A stretch of DNA of 64,000 bases from a candidate division FCPU426 bacterium (GTDB lineage Bacteria; Oederibacteriota; Muellerivitia; Muellerivitales; Muellerivitaceae). The translations under genes and the position numbers were made by a program. Location: the NCBI GenBank assembly GCA_963738405.1, contig CAVTWJ010000022.1, forward strand, positions 96,001 to 160,000, given 5' to 3'. A model generated the notes under the pieces. It did no database searches and was not told the origin of the DNA. It saw only the letters and a list, made by a program, of their open reading frames with translations. This document shows positions 10,630 to 18,979 of the stretch, piece by piece; position 1 is the first letter of the stretch; each line of letters starts with the position of its first letter.

Positions 10630-11387
10630 TAGTTAAACTGTCTTTCAACGTCAAAAACATGGTCTTCTCTCACGCCAAAGCGCTTAATCATTTCTTTTGG
10701 GTAATCCAACACACAGGTTTTTTTCACATCGTGCCCGTCGGACCCAACCGAGAACATCACCCCGGCCTTCACGGCCCTTTCCATCAGCCGGTCATAGGGG
10801 GTTTTCCAACGATTGGATATTTCCATGGCCACCGAGTGCTTCAATAAAAGGGCGATCAACCCCTCTTCCCACCATTCGGGAACATGGTCCTCCGGTTTCC
10901 CGGCGGCCAGGGGGGGCAGCATGGTGCAATGGCCCAGGATGTCGTACTTTTGGGACTCATATTCTTTCTTCAACATCTCCAAGTGGGCGCGGAAAAAGGC
11001 CTCAACATCGCCGACTTGTTTCAAGGGATCATAATCGGGGTTGTTACCCTGAAGAAATTTGATGAGGGGGAAAAAATCGATTCGGAATGGCCCCATCTGG
11101 AGGCCGTGTACACTTCCAATAACGTAATCAAATTTTTCTCGGGTCTCGGGCAGGATGGTAAAGCTACGGCCCAAATCCATTTCCAAACCCCGGGCCACCG
11201 GGTATTGGGATAAAAAATCCCCATAGGCCAGCAGACGATCGTTGGTGTTGAGGTAATCCCCCAGACCCGCGTGGTCGGAAAGGCCCACCCTGACCCCTTC
11301 GGCCTTGGCTCTCGTCATCACCTCTTCAATGGACTGTCTTCCATCGGACCATTCAGCGGTGTGGGTGTGGCAATCGAGGTAATTCAA
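10629..11387 (-). CDS. PHP-domain metallophosphoesterase (HisJ/YcdX-like)
   Basis: DCHTHT, SDH, GSVH, ILGH and GSDGH metal-binding motifs. Confidence 0.88.
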   Translation of the reverse strand: MNYLDCHTHTAEWSDGRQSIEEVMTRAKAEGVRVGLSDHAGLGDYLNTNDRLLAYGDFLSQYPVARGLEMDLGRSFTILPETREKFDYVIGSVHGLQMGPFRIDFFPLIKFLQGNNPDYDPLKQVGDVEAFFRAHLEMLKKEYESQKYDILGHCTMLPPLAAGKPEDHVPEWWEEGLIALLLKHSVAMEISNRWKTPYDRLMERAVKAGVMFSVGSDGHDVKKTCVLDYPKEMIKRFGVREDHVFDVERQFN

Positions 11388-12796
11388 GTTGGTTCTTTGG
11401 GGGAGGAGGGATTTTCCCCTTTTCCGGCCGCTTCAAAGCCTTCCGTACTTTCCTTTAACTTGGCCGCCTTAGTCCTTCGTTTTTTCGGTTTAGGTGTTGG
11501 GGCTTCCTCAGCTTCTGGCTCAGGCAAGGGCTGTTCCCTCTTCAAGGCCTTCACCTTGTTGACCCTTCGGTCGGAAGCATCCAATACAGTAAATACGGCC
11601 TCCCGGTCATCCAAAACCCGGCCCTTGCGGGGCATGCGTCCCACCCGCTCAGTGAGATAGCCTCCGAGAGTCGCTACGTCACCCTTAGGGCTTAAATGAA
11701 TCCCCAAAGCCTCATTAACTTCGTCCAGAGACACACCCGCGTCAATGAGCCAGGTTCCATCTTCTTGTTTAGTAATGGGCTTTTCTTCTTCCACATCATA
11801 TTCATCCCGGATTTCCCCAACGATTTCCTCAACCAAATCCTCCAGGGTCACCAGACCCGCCGTCCCGCCGTATTCGTCCACCACTACCGCCATATGGATA
11901 TTGCCCCTTTTGAACTCGTGGAGCAGGCGGTCCACCCTCATGGTTTCCGGCACGAAATAAGGTTTTCGCAAGAGGTCCTGTAAAACAATAAGTTCCTTGT
12001 TTTTCCAGATGGCCAAAAGGTCCCTGGTGTTCACGATACCCATGATGTTATCCAGGCTTCCCTTATAAACCGGCATTCGGGAATAGCCGTTTTGGACCAC
12101 CAGATCCAATAGCTTATCCAGGCCTGTCGCCAGGTCTACGCAGAACATCTCGGTGCGAGGAATCATGACCTCATTCACCTTGGTGTCGGTGAACTTGAGG
12201 ATGGAATGCATCATTTTCTTTTCATCTTCATGGATTGTCCCGGATTCGGTGCCCAATTCGATCATTTGCTTGATGTCTTCTTCCGTGACCAGGGAGACAT
12301 TGGCACTTCCCATTTTTGAGAGAAAAATGCTCATGAAGTGGACCAGGGCCCAGGTAAAGGGGCTCAGGATTTTGTCAAAAAGGTAAATGGGAACCACAAG
12401 CAGGTTGGCAGCGGTGAGGGGGTTGGTACGGGCCGTCACCTTGGGGAGGGCTTCCCCGAAGACGATGAGAAAAACGGTCAAGGTGACAGATGCCACAGTG
12501 CCCGTCACGGCCCGGCTCCATCCAAACACCTCGGAATAATGCACCGCCATGTAGGCCACTAGGGTGGAGGCCGCGATATTGACGCTGTTATTGCCGATCA
12601 GGATGGTGGTGAGGATGCGGTTGGGATGGTCCCGCCACTCTTTAAAGGCACTTCCCAACAACCCGCCCTCCTGGGCGCGGCCTTCCAAAACCGGCTTGGG
12701 GAAAGAAAGCAGTGCGGTTTCCACCGCCGAGAAGAAGATGGAAACCAGGATGAGGCCCATCAAGATGACCAGATGGGAAATGAGGTAGTCGTCCAT
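11384..12796 (-). CDS. HlyC/CorC (CNNM) family transporter, hemolysin-like
   Basis: [26 protein letters not shown] pair ([38 protein letters not shown]), CorC domain. Confidence 0.95.
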   Translation of the reverse strand: MDDYLISHLVILMGLILVSIFFSAVETALLSFPKPVLEGRAQEGGLLGSAFKEWRDHPNRILTTILIGNNSVNIAASTLVAYMAVHYSEVFGWSRAVTGTVASVTLTVFLIVFGEALPKVTARTNPLTAANLLVVPIYLFDKILSPFTWALVHFMSIFLSKMGSANVSLVTEEDIKQMIELGTESGTIHEDEKKMMHSILKFTDTKVNEVMIPRTEMFCVDLATGLDKLLDLVVQNGYSRMPVYKGSLDNIMGIVNTRDLLAIWKNKELIVLQDLLRKPYFVPETMRVDRLLHEFKRGNIHMAVVVDEYGGTAGLVTLEDLVEEIVGEIRDEYDVEEEKPITKQEDGTWLIDAGVSLDEVNEALGIHLSPKGDVATLGGYLTERVGRMPRKGRVLDDREAVFTVLDASDRRVNKVKALKREQPLPEPEAEEAPTPKPKKRRTKAAKLKESTEGFEAAGKGENPSSPKEPT

Positions 12797-12804
12797 AAGT
12801 GGTT

Positions 12805-13260
12805 TTAGCCTTCGAATTTCCTAAGAATACGGTCCTGCAGCCCGAACATGCGTTTTTCCTCGGGCTTGGACCCATGATCATACCCTAAAAGATGAAGGAT
12901 TCCGTGGACCAGGAGCATGGCCACTTCGGATTCCATTGTTTTTCCGGCCTTTCGGGCCTGTCGTTTGGCCTGGGGCAAGCTGATGACGACGTCCCCCAAA
13001 ACCCTTTTTTCCGCCCCACCGGTCTTAAGCTTCTTCCCTTCCAAAAGCGAAAAGGAAAGCACATCGGTTGTTTGGTCCTTCCCCCGATATTGGCGGTTCA
13101 GTTTTTTGACCTGGGCATCGCCGGTGAAAAGAACGGATAGCTCACAAAGGTTGGCAAAAGCCTTTCCCTTGACCTTCGTTAGGGTCAATTGGGCCAACTG
13201 CCGAACCCAGGCAGGAGTAAAAGTTTTTTCTTTTTCGGGCAGACTTAGGAAAAGTTTCAC
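12805..13260 (-). CDS. ybeY: rRNA maturation endoribonuclease YbeY
   Basis: LNRQYRGKDQTTDVLSF, LGDVVIS, HGILHLLGYDH. Confidence 0.97.
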   Translation of the reverse strand: MKLFLSLPEKEKTFTPAWVRQLAQLTLTKVKGKAFANLCELSVLFTGDAQVKKLNRQYRGKDQTTDVLSFSLLEGKKLKTGGAEKRVLGDVVISLPQAKRQARKAGKTMESEVAMLLVHGILHLLGYDHGSKPEEKRMFGLQDRILRKFEG

Positions 13261-14258
13261 GGGGTCGAGCCATTGGACCCGGCGGGGGGTTTTTGACGGT
13301 CCTCATGGGCCTGGTAGGCCCTGAGGATATTCTGGACCAGCCGGTGTCGTACCACGTCTTTCGGCTCGAAATCGACAAACGAGATACCTTCGGTGCCGTC
13401 CAGAATTCTCCGAATTTCAATCAATCCCGAAACTTTGCCCGCGGGCAAATCGATCTGGGTGATATCCCCTGTTACCACCATCTTGGAGCCTGTCCCCATG
13501 CGGGTCAGGAACATCTTCATCTGCTCGGGGCTGGTGTTTTGGGCCTCATCGAGAATGATGAAGGCGTTGGAAAGGGTCCGGCCCCTCATATAGGCCAGGG
13601 GGGCCACCTCCACCACCCTTTGCTGGAACAGGCGCTGGAGTTTTTCGTATTCGACCATGTCATAAAGGGCGTCGTAGAGAGGCCTGAGATAGGGGTCCAC
13701 CTTGTCCTGCAGGTCGCCCGGCAAAAAGCCCAGCTTTTCTCCTGCCTCCACTGCCGGACGGGTCAAGACCAGCCGTTCTACCTGGCTTTCCCGCAAAGAC
13801 GCCACGGCCATGGCCATGGCGAGATAGGTTTTACCCGTACCGGCGGGGCCGACTCCGAAAACAATGTCATGGCGTCTAATGGAATCCACATATTTTTGCT
13901 GGTTGTCGCTTCGGGCCGCGATGGGCTTTTTACGGGAGGAAACCAGAATTGTCTCATGGGAACCCTGGGGCTCCTCAGCCGCTTCACCCTTGGTTTCGGA
14001 AATAAAACGCTGGATGGCCCCCGAAGGCAGGTAGCCCCCATTGCCCTTTTTCAACTGAAGCCGAATGCGCTCAATGACCTGGCTGGCATGGGTTACTTGA
14101 ATCGGTTCCCCTGAAAGCAAAAGTTCGTTTCCCCGGGCGACTAGGGTGACCGGGAAGGATTCCCGGATGATTTTCAAATTAAGGTCTTTTTCGCCGAACA
14201 ACTGGACGCATTCCTGATGGTCCTCCAGGGTGATTCGATGGCTGATCGTTTGGGACAA
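13257..14258 (-). CDS. phoH: PhoH family ATPase
   Basis: GPAGTGKTYLA, RPAVEAGEKLGFLPG, YMRGRTL, DEAQN, GDITQIDL; GGAGGAG RBS before TTG 14258. Confidence 0.95.
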   Translation of the reverse strand: MSQTISHRITLEDHQECVQLFGEKDLNLKIIRESFPVTLVARGNELLLSGEPIQVTHASQVIERIRLQLKKGNGGYLPSGAIQRFISETKGEAAEEPQGSHETILVSSRKKPIAARSDNQQKYVDSIRRHDIVFGVGPAGTGKTYLAMAMAVASLRESQVERLVLTRPAVEAGEKLGFLPGDLQDKVDPYLRPLYDALYDMVEYEKLQRLFQQRVVEVAPLAYMRGRTLSNAFIILDEAQNTSPEQMKMFLTRMGTGSKMVVTGDITQIDLPAGKVSGLIEIRRILDGTEGISFVDFEPKDVVRHRLVQNILRAYQAHEDRQKPPAGSNGSTP

Positions 14259-14321
14259 CTTCACTCCTCCAAAGGGAAGCAAGAATAGGGTTTAAACCCA
14301 TTCTAACGGTTAACGGCAGGT

Positions 14322-14360
14322 AAAAAAAAACTCCCTTTCCCGGTTAAGGAAAAGGGAGTT
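14322..14360 (-). terminator. Intrinsic terminator downstream of the LysM gene
   Basis: Stem AACTCCCTTTCC/GGAAAAGGGAGTT (one bulge) followed by a T-tract on the minus strand. Confidence 0.8.
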
Positions 14361-14397
14361 CGACGGCTAAAAACGTTCTTTACCAGCTGTATTCCAC

Positions 14398-14940
14398 TTA
14401 AAAGTAATCAACCGGAAGGGTTTCCCTCGGCTCGGTATGGGGCACATAGACCGGCGTGTCGCTGGCATCCTTGCGGGCCTTGTCCAGGTCGCCCAGACTG
14501 AAATCTTTGCGGATCAAGAATTTCTGCTTGGGATAGATCAAATCCGGGTCTTTAATTTGATCCCGGTTAGCCTTAAAGAGCAGGGGCCAAAGGAAGTTGT
14601 CTTTGTAAATGATATCCATTCCAGAAATGCCCCAAAGGGTATCGCCCCGTACCACGATGTACCATTCGGGAGGGATCGTGGTTGGTTCCGCGGCTACGGG
14701 AGGAGGCGGAACGGCTGTCGGCTCAGCGGTTGGAACCGGGGTAGGCACCGGCGTAGCGACTTCAGCGACCACCGGAGGAGGCGCTTCCACTTCAGGGGCG
14801 GCGGGAGGCGGGGCGATGGTTTCGTTGGAATCAGGCTGAACGGGGACTTCTTCTCCCTCGATCCTTTGCTTATGAGCGCATCCAACTGCCAGAACACCTG
14901 ATAACAACGCCATCATCAACAGTGACTTGGAACCACGCAT
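14398..14940 (-). CDS. LysM peptidoglycan-binding lipoprotein with Pro/Thr-rich linker
   Basis: Lipobox LAVGC, PT-rich linker, LysM YIVVRGDTLWGIS...ANRDQIKDPDLIYP. Confidence 0.9.
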   Translation of the reverse strand: MRGSKSLLMMALLSGVLAVGCAHKQRIEGEEVPVQPDSNETIAPPPAAPEVEAPPPVVAEVATPVPTPVPTAEPTAVPPPPVAAEPTTIPPEWYIVVRGDTLWGISGMDIIYKDNFLWPLLFKANRDQIKDPDLIYPKQKFLIRKDFSLGDLDKARKDASDTPVYVPHTEPRETLPVDYF

Positions 14941-15041
14941 ATTGAATCCCCCTTGATTGCTGGCAAGCAAAGCCTGTTTATTATCCGGTGAGGGGGGAAG
15001 GCCGTCAAGTTTGGCCTGATAGGCCAACTAAAACCCAAATA

Positions 15042-15135
15042 TCACCACCAAGACACAAAGACACCAAGAAAACTCACGGTTTTAAACTTAAATCTTTGTT
15101 TTGTCGTTCTTGGTGACTTGGCGTCTTGGTGGTGA
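15042..15135. repeat. MITE-like palindromic element with 8-nt periodic arms
   Basis: Perfect 13-bp terminal inverted repeat TCACCACCAAGAC/GTCTTGGTGGTGA, three CACCAAG-like units per arm, AT-rich spacer. Confidence 0.8.
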
Positions 15136-15150
15136 AAAGAATTTTATTTT

Positions 15151-16947
15151 CTAGGTCAAATCTTCCAATTCAATCTTAATCTTCAGTTCCTTCATCAAAT
15201 CCGGGTCGATTTCGGAAGGAGAACCGGTCATCAAGTCGGTAGCCTTGGCGGTCTTGGGGAAGGCGATGACGTCCCGGATGTTAGGCGAGCCGGTCAAGAG
15301 CATCACCACCCGGTCAAGCCCGAAGGCCATCCCGCCGTGGGGCGGTGCGCCATAGCTCAAGGCCTTTTGAAGGAACCCAAAGCGCTCGTCCGCGCTTTCT
15401 TTCGGTATTTCCAATATTTTGAAAATCTTGGCCTGCAATTCGGTGTCGTGAATACGAATGCTTCCACCGCCTAATTCAAACCCGTTCAAGACCAGGTCGT
15501 ACCCCTTGGATTTAGCCTTCATGGGGTCGGTATCGAGTAGACTTAAGTCCGCTTCTTTGGGCGAGGTGAAGGGATGGTTCATAGAAAAGATCCTTCCCTT
15601 TTCATCTTTACCAAACATGGGAATATCCACGATCCAGCGGAAGGCCCACTTTTCTCCCTTTTCAATCAAACCCTTGCGCTTGGCGATCTCGACCCGCAAA
15701 GCGCCCAAAGACCCGTTCACGGTCTCACTGTCGTCTGCGCCGAAGAGGAACAAGTCACCCTCTTCACCCTTCAGTACTTTTAATAACTCGGCTTGGACAT
15801 CGGGTTGGAAATACTTGGTGATGTTGGAATCCAGCTTGCCGTCTTTCACCTTGAACCAGGCCATGCCCTTGGCGCCGTACTTTCCTACATAAGCGGTTAA
15901 ATCTTCAAGATCCTTACGGGAGAAATCGGCGCAACCCTTGGCGTTCAGGGCTTTCACTACCCCGCCCCTGCCTAGGACATCTTTAAAGACCTTAAAGTCA
16001 GACTTGGCGGCGACTTCACTGACATTCACCATCGGTAGGTCAAAACGCATGTCCGGCTTGTCCGAGCCGTATTTTTCCATCGCCTCTTCAAAGGGAATCC
16101 TCTCAAAGGGCGTTTTCAAGTCTACGCCCAGCACTTCCTTGAATACCGTCTTCATAACCCCTTCACCCACCGCGTAGATATCGTCCTCATCAATAAAGGA
16201 CATCTCGATATCCACCTGGGTAAATTCAGGCTGGCGGTCGGCGCGGGGGTCTTCATCCCGGAAACAGCGGGCGATTTGATAATACTTGTCCAGCCCCGCG
16301 ATCATGGAGAGCTGTTTGAACAACTGGGGGCTCTGCGGAAGCACGTAAAATTTTCCGGGATAGACACGGCTGGGCACCACGTATTCCCGCGCGCCCTCAG
16401 GGGTATTTTTGATGAGAATGGGGGTTTCGATTTCCAGGAATTCTTGGCTGTTCATGTAAGCCCGAATAGCCTGAGCGGTCTTGTGCCGGGCAATGAGCTT
16501 GTTTTTCATGGATTCCCGGCGCAGGTCTAAATATCGGTATTCCAAACGGGTTTCCTCGGCCACCTCCACGTCGTCCTCAATGGGAAACACGGGGGTTTGG
16601 GAGGGATTCAGAACTTTCACTTCGGAACAACGGATCTCAATTTCGCCCGTGGGAAGCTTGGGGTTGGCTGTTCCCTCGGGCCGCATCGCTACCTTGCCCT
16701 TCACGGCTAGGACCCACTCACTGCGGATCAGATGGGATTGCTGGTGCACCTTGTCGGCCAATTGGGGGTCAAACACGATTTGGGTCACGCCGTAACGGTC
16801 GCGCAAATCGACGAACACCAACCCGCCGTGGTCGCGGCGGTGGTGTACCCAGCCCATCAGGGTGACTTCCTGGTTGATGTTGGAGGCGCGCAGGTCCCCG
16901 CATTTGTGTGATCTTTTCCAGCCGCCGAGCATTTCCGCCACGTTCAT
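15151..16947 (-). CDS. aspS: Aspartate--tRNA ligase
   Basis: GWVHHRRDHGGLVFVDLRDR, RYLDLRR, TPEGARE, LPQSPQLFKQ, FRDED, RQPEFTQ, GGGSIRIH, APPHGGMAFGLDR. Confidence 0.99.
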   Translation of the reverse strand: MNVAEMLGGWKRSHKCGDLRASNINQEVTLMGWVHHRRDHGGLVFVDLRDRYGVTQIVFDPQLADKVHQQSHLIRSEWVLAVKGKVAMRPEGTANPKLPTGEIEIRCSEVKVLNPSQTPVFPIEDDVEVAEETRLEYRYLDLRRESMKNKLIARHKTAQAIRAYMNSQEFLEIETPILIKNTPEGAREYVVPSRVYPGKFYVLPQSPQLFKQLSMIAGLDKYYQIARCFRDEDPRADRQPEFTQVDIEMSFIDEDDIYAVGEGVMKTVFKEVLGVDLKTPFERIPFEEAMEKYGSDKPDMRFDLPMVNVSEVAAKSDFKVFKDVLGRGGVVKALNAKGCADFSRKDLEDLTAYVGKYGAKGMAWFKVKDGKLDSNITKYFQPDVQAELLKVLKGEEGDLFLFGADDSETVNGSLGALRVEIAKRKGLIEKGEKWAFRWIVDIPMFGKDEKGRIFSMNHPFTSPKEADLSLLDTDPMKAKSKGYDLVLNGFELGGGSIRIHDTELQAKIFKILEIPKESADERFGFLQKALSYGAPPHGGMAFGLDRVVMLLTGSPNIRDVIAFPKTAKATDLMTGSPSEIDPDLMKELKIKIELEDLT

Positions 16948-16963
16948 CCCCCTGCTGAATAAT

Positions 16964-17009
16964 AAAAAAGCCCCTTAAAGGGGCCGTTTAGAAGAGCCGT
17001 ATGATAGCA
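16964..17009 (-). promoter_or_regulatory. Extended -10 (TGcTATCAT) followed by a terminator-like hairpin in the aspS leader
   Basis: TATCAT at 17001-17006; GCCCC-TTTAA-GGGGC at 16970-16984 followed by T6, ending 16 nt before the ATG. Confidence 0.45.
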
Positions 17010-17091
17010 CAAGAGGGGTTTTTAGATGTTTGATCTCTTAAAACCTTACATCTATTGTGACATCATTGAAATTCAGCATGACTTTTTAATA

Positions 17092-18156
17092 TTAGCTTGT
17101 TGACGGAGCAATTTTCGGGGCAATAGTTTTGAATAAATCCACGATAGGTTCTCCTGGTTTCACAAAGGAAAAATTCAACTTTCCCAAAAAAGACGAAAAA
17201 GCTTCTTTGTAGTTTTTTATAAGCTCTTCTCTTTTTTCATCATTATCTTGTTTATTAACAATGTAAAACATTTTCACACATGAGTTTTTCAAAACCTCCG
17301 ATATATAAAAACGCATCATCACGTCTGATTTCGGAAGAGAATAACCAAGACAATATATTTCTTCACACTTAGAAAGATTTTCAAAAGACGTTCGCCATTG
17401 CGCCCTAATGAATTCATTCTTGAAGAATGTTTCTTTGTGAACTGTAGGTGGAACTATGAGTGGAATTTTATCATTACTTGCGCGACCAGTTCGATAAAGT
17501 AACCCCGGGGGTAACTTTTTCTGTTCAATTTCAGGAATAAAATTTCCTAAATTGATGTCATAAATCGGTTCTCCGTAAAAATTTTTCGATCCGGAATAGT
17601 ACCAATTTATGGAGCCATGCAACTTATAAAGTACCATTGGTGTTTCTTGAGGCGGGCGAGAGTTTCGCGGGTTACCTTCTCTATCCAAGGCAAGTGAAAC
17701 AACCGTTGTGAATAAAGAGTCATAAGAGATCTGAGGGTTCTTAATGTAATGAACGAACAAAATCTCAATCAATAAATCATAATTAAGACTCACAACGCGC
17801 GAAGGACCGTTTAGCCATGTGGCCATGGCGGTATGGGACCAATGAACATCGAGCGAATTGCTCACTTCCATTAGTGCTTCTGTTTGCCGTTTTGTGATTG
17901 TTTCCGAAATTAATTTTGAAATCACAATAAAAAGCCGACGATTTTGAAGACTAGTTTTTTCGTCTAACCAGGGTTGCTCTTCCGCCAAATATGTCAGAAG
18001 TGATTCAATATCATTATTAAAAGCAATACTGTTTACTTTCGATGCATCTTCCGGTTCCAATTCAGAAAGAACATCTTTCATCAATTCTTCAGTAACCGGC
18101 ATTAACTTTGAAAAGGCTTTTGAAAATCCCGCCCCAACAATATACCCCTTAACCAT
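17092..18156 (-). CDS. SIR2-family (SIR2_2-like) NAD-dependent protein, probable defence NADase
   Basis: GAGFS, SLNYD, LYKLHGSINW and GYSLPKSD motifs; visibly AT-rich compared with flanks. Confidence 0.88.
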   Translation of the reverse strand: MVKGYIVGAGFSKAFSKLMPVTEELMKDVLSELEPEDASKVNSIAFNNDIESLLTYLAEEQPWLDEKTSLQNRRLFIVISKLISETITKRQTEALMEVSNSLDVHWSHTAMATWLNGPSRVVSLNYDLLIEILFVHYIKNPQISYDSLFTTVVSLALDREGNPRNSRPPQETPMVLYKLHGSINWYYSGSKNFYGEPIYDINLGNFIPEIEQKKLPPGLLYRTGRASNDKIPLIVPPTVHKETFFKNEFIRAQWRTSFENLSKCEEIYCLGYSLPKSDVMMRFYISEVLKNSCVKMFYIVNKQDNDEKREELIKNYKEAFSSFLGKLNFSFVKPGEPIVDLFKTIAPKIAPSTS

Positions 18157-18256
18157 TTTTACACTCCGGCCATTTCTTTCGTAACCAATTTATTTTTTCA
18201 AGTGTTCGTAGTCCGGCCTGAAAATAGAAATTACAGAATCCCAATCAAAAAACTTT

Positions 18257-18571
18257 TCAACTCGCCTTGCGGAAATCGAACGTTATTCCCAACTGGGCCC
18301 CGCAAGCGGCGGCAATCTTTTGCAGGAAGCTCAAAGAAGGAACAGAACGGTAAACGCCGCTTTCCACCCTGGAAATGGCGCTTTGCTTGGTCCCTATTTT
18401 CTTGGCCAAGGCTTCCTGGCTTAATCCCGCGTGCTCACGGGCCTTTCTAATGGCACCGGCAAGACGGAACTTTTCTTTCTGTTGTTTCACCAAAATGCGG
18501 ACTTCGGGATCTTTTTCCAGCTTTCGAAAAAAGGCATCCGGGTTGTAATAGGGTTTACGGTTCTTTTTCAT
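18257..18571 (-). CDS. XRE-family HTH antitoxin (HigA-like)
   Basis: AREHAGLSQEALAKKIGTKQSAISRVESG; overlaps the toxin 3' end. Confidence 0.9.
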   Translation of the reverse strand: MKKNRKPYYNPDAFFRKLEKDPEVRILVKQQKEKFRLAGAIRKAREHAGLSQEALAKKIGTKQSAISRVESGVYRSVPSLSFLQKIAAACGAQLGITFDFRKAS

Positions 18572-18902
18572 CCGCTAAAACCTCCTTCATTCTTTTGACA
18601 GCCAGTTCCAAATCCAGTTTAGACGTTTTTTGAGTTTTCTTTTTGAACGCATGGAGCCAAATCATTTTGGGGCCAGTCAGAAGGACATAAGCGATCCGAT
18701 ACTGTCCCCCGGTTCCCCGAAACTTGATTTCCCAGAGTTTTCCCCCCAATGGTTTGAAAATAACGTAAGGGTATTTTAAACCCTCTTTTTCAATCCCCTC
18801 TCGGATTTCAACGAAAAGAGATTGATCATCCTTTGAAAGCCCTTGGATGAACTCCTCCAAGGGATATCGTCCCGAGGAACTACGGTAGAATTCAACCTTC
18901 AT
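18555..18902 (-). CDS. Type II toxin, RelE/HigB (Gp49-like)
   Basis: FYRSSSGRYP, KLWEIK, YRIAY, LHAFKKKTQKT; toxin-before-antitoxin order as in higBA. Confidence 0.9.
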   Translation of the reverse strand: MKVEFYRSSSGRYPLEEFIQGLSKDDQSLFVEIREGIEKEGLKYPYVIFKPLGGKLWEIKFRGTGGQYRIAYVLLTGPKMIWLHAFKKKTQKTSKLDLELAVKRMKEVLADEKEP

Positions 18903-18908
18903 TATGTA

Positions 18909-18928
18909 ATATAACATTATTGTTATAT
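18909..18928. promoter_or_regulatory. Palindromic operator overlapping the extended -10 of the TA operon
   Basis: ATATAACA-TTAT-TGTTATAT inverted repeat; minus strand reads TGtTATATT-N5-ATG. Confidence 0.65.
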
Positions 18929-18979
18929 CCTTCCAAGAGCGTTTTATTCTCTTATTTCAAAATCTTAAAATATTTCCCA

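Noticed and set aside
13293..14114. 273-aa plus-strand ORF
   Set aside because: Antisense shadow of phoH with no recognisable motifs
16948..17091. T-box riboswitch upstream of aspS (also considered for hisS)
   Set aside because: No T-box consensus or stem I was recognised, and the leader is too short
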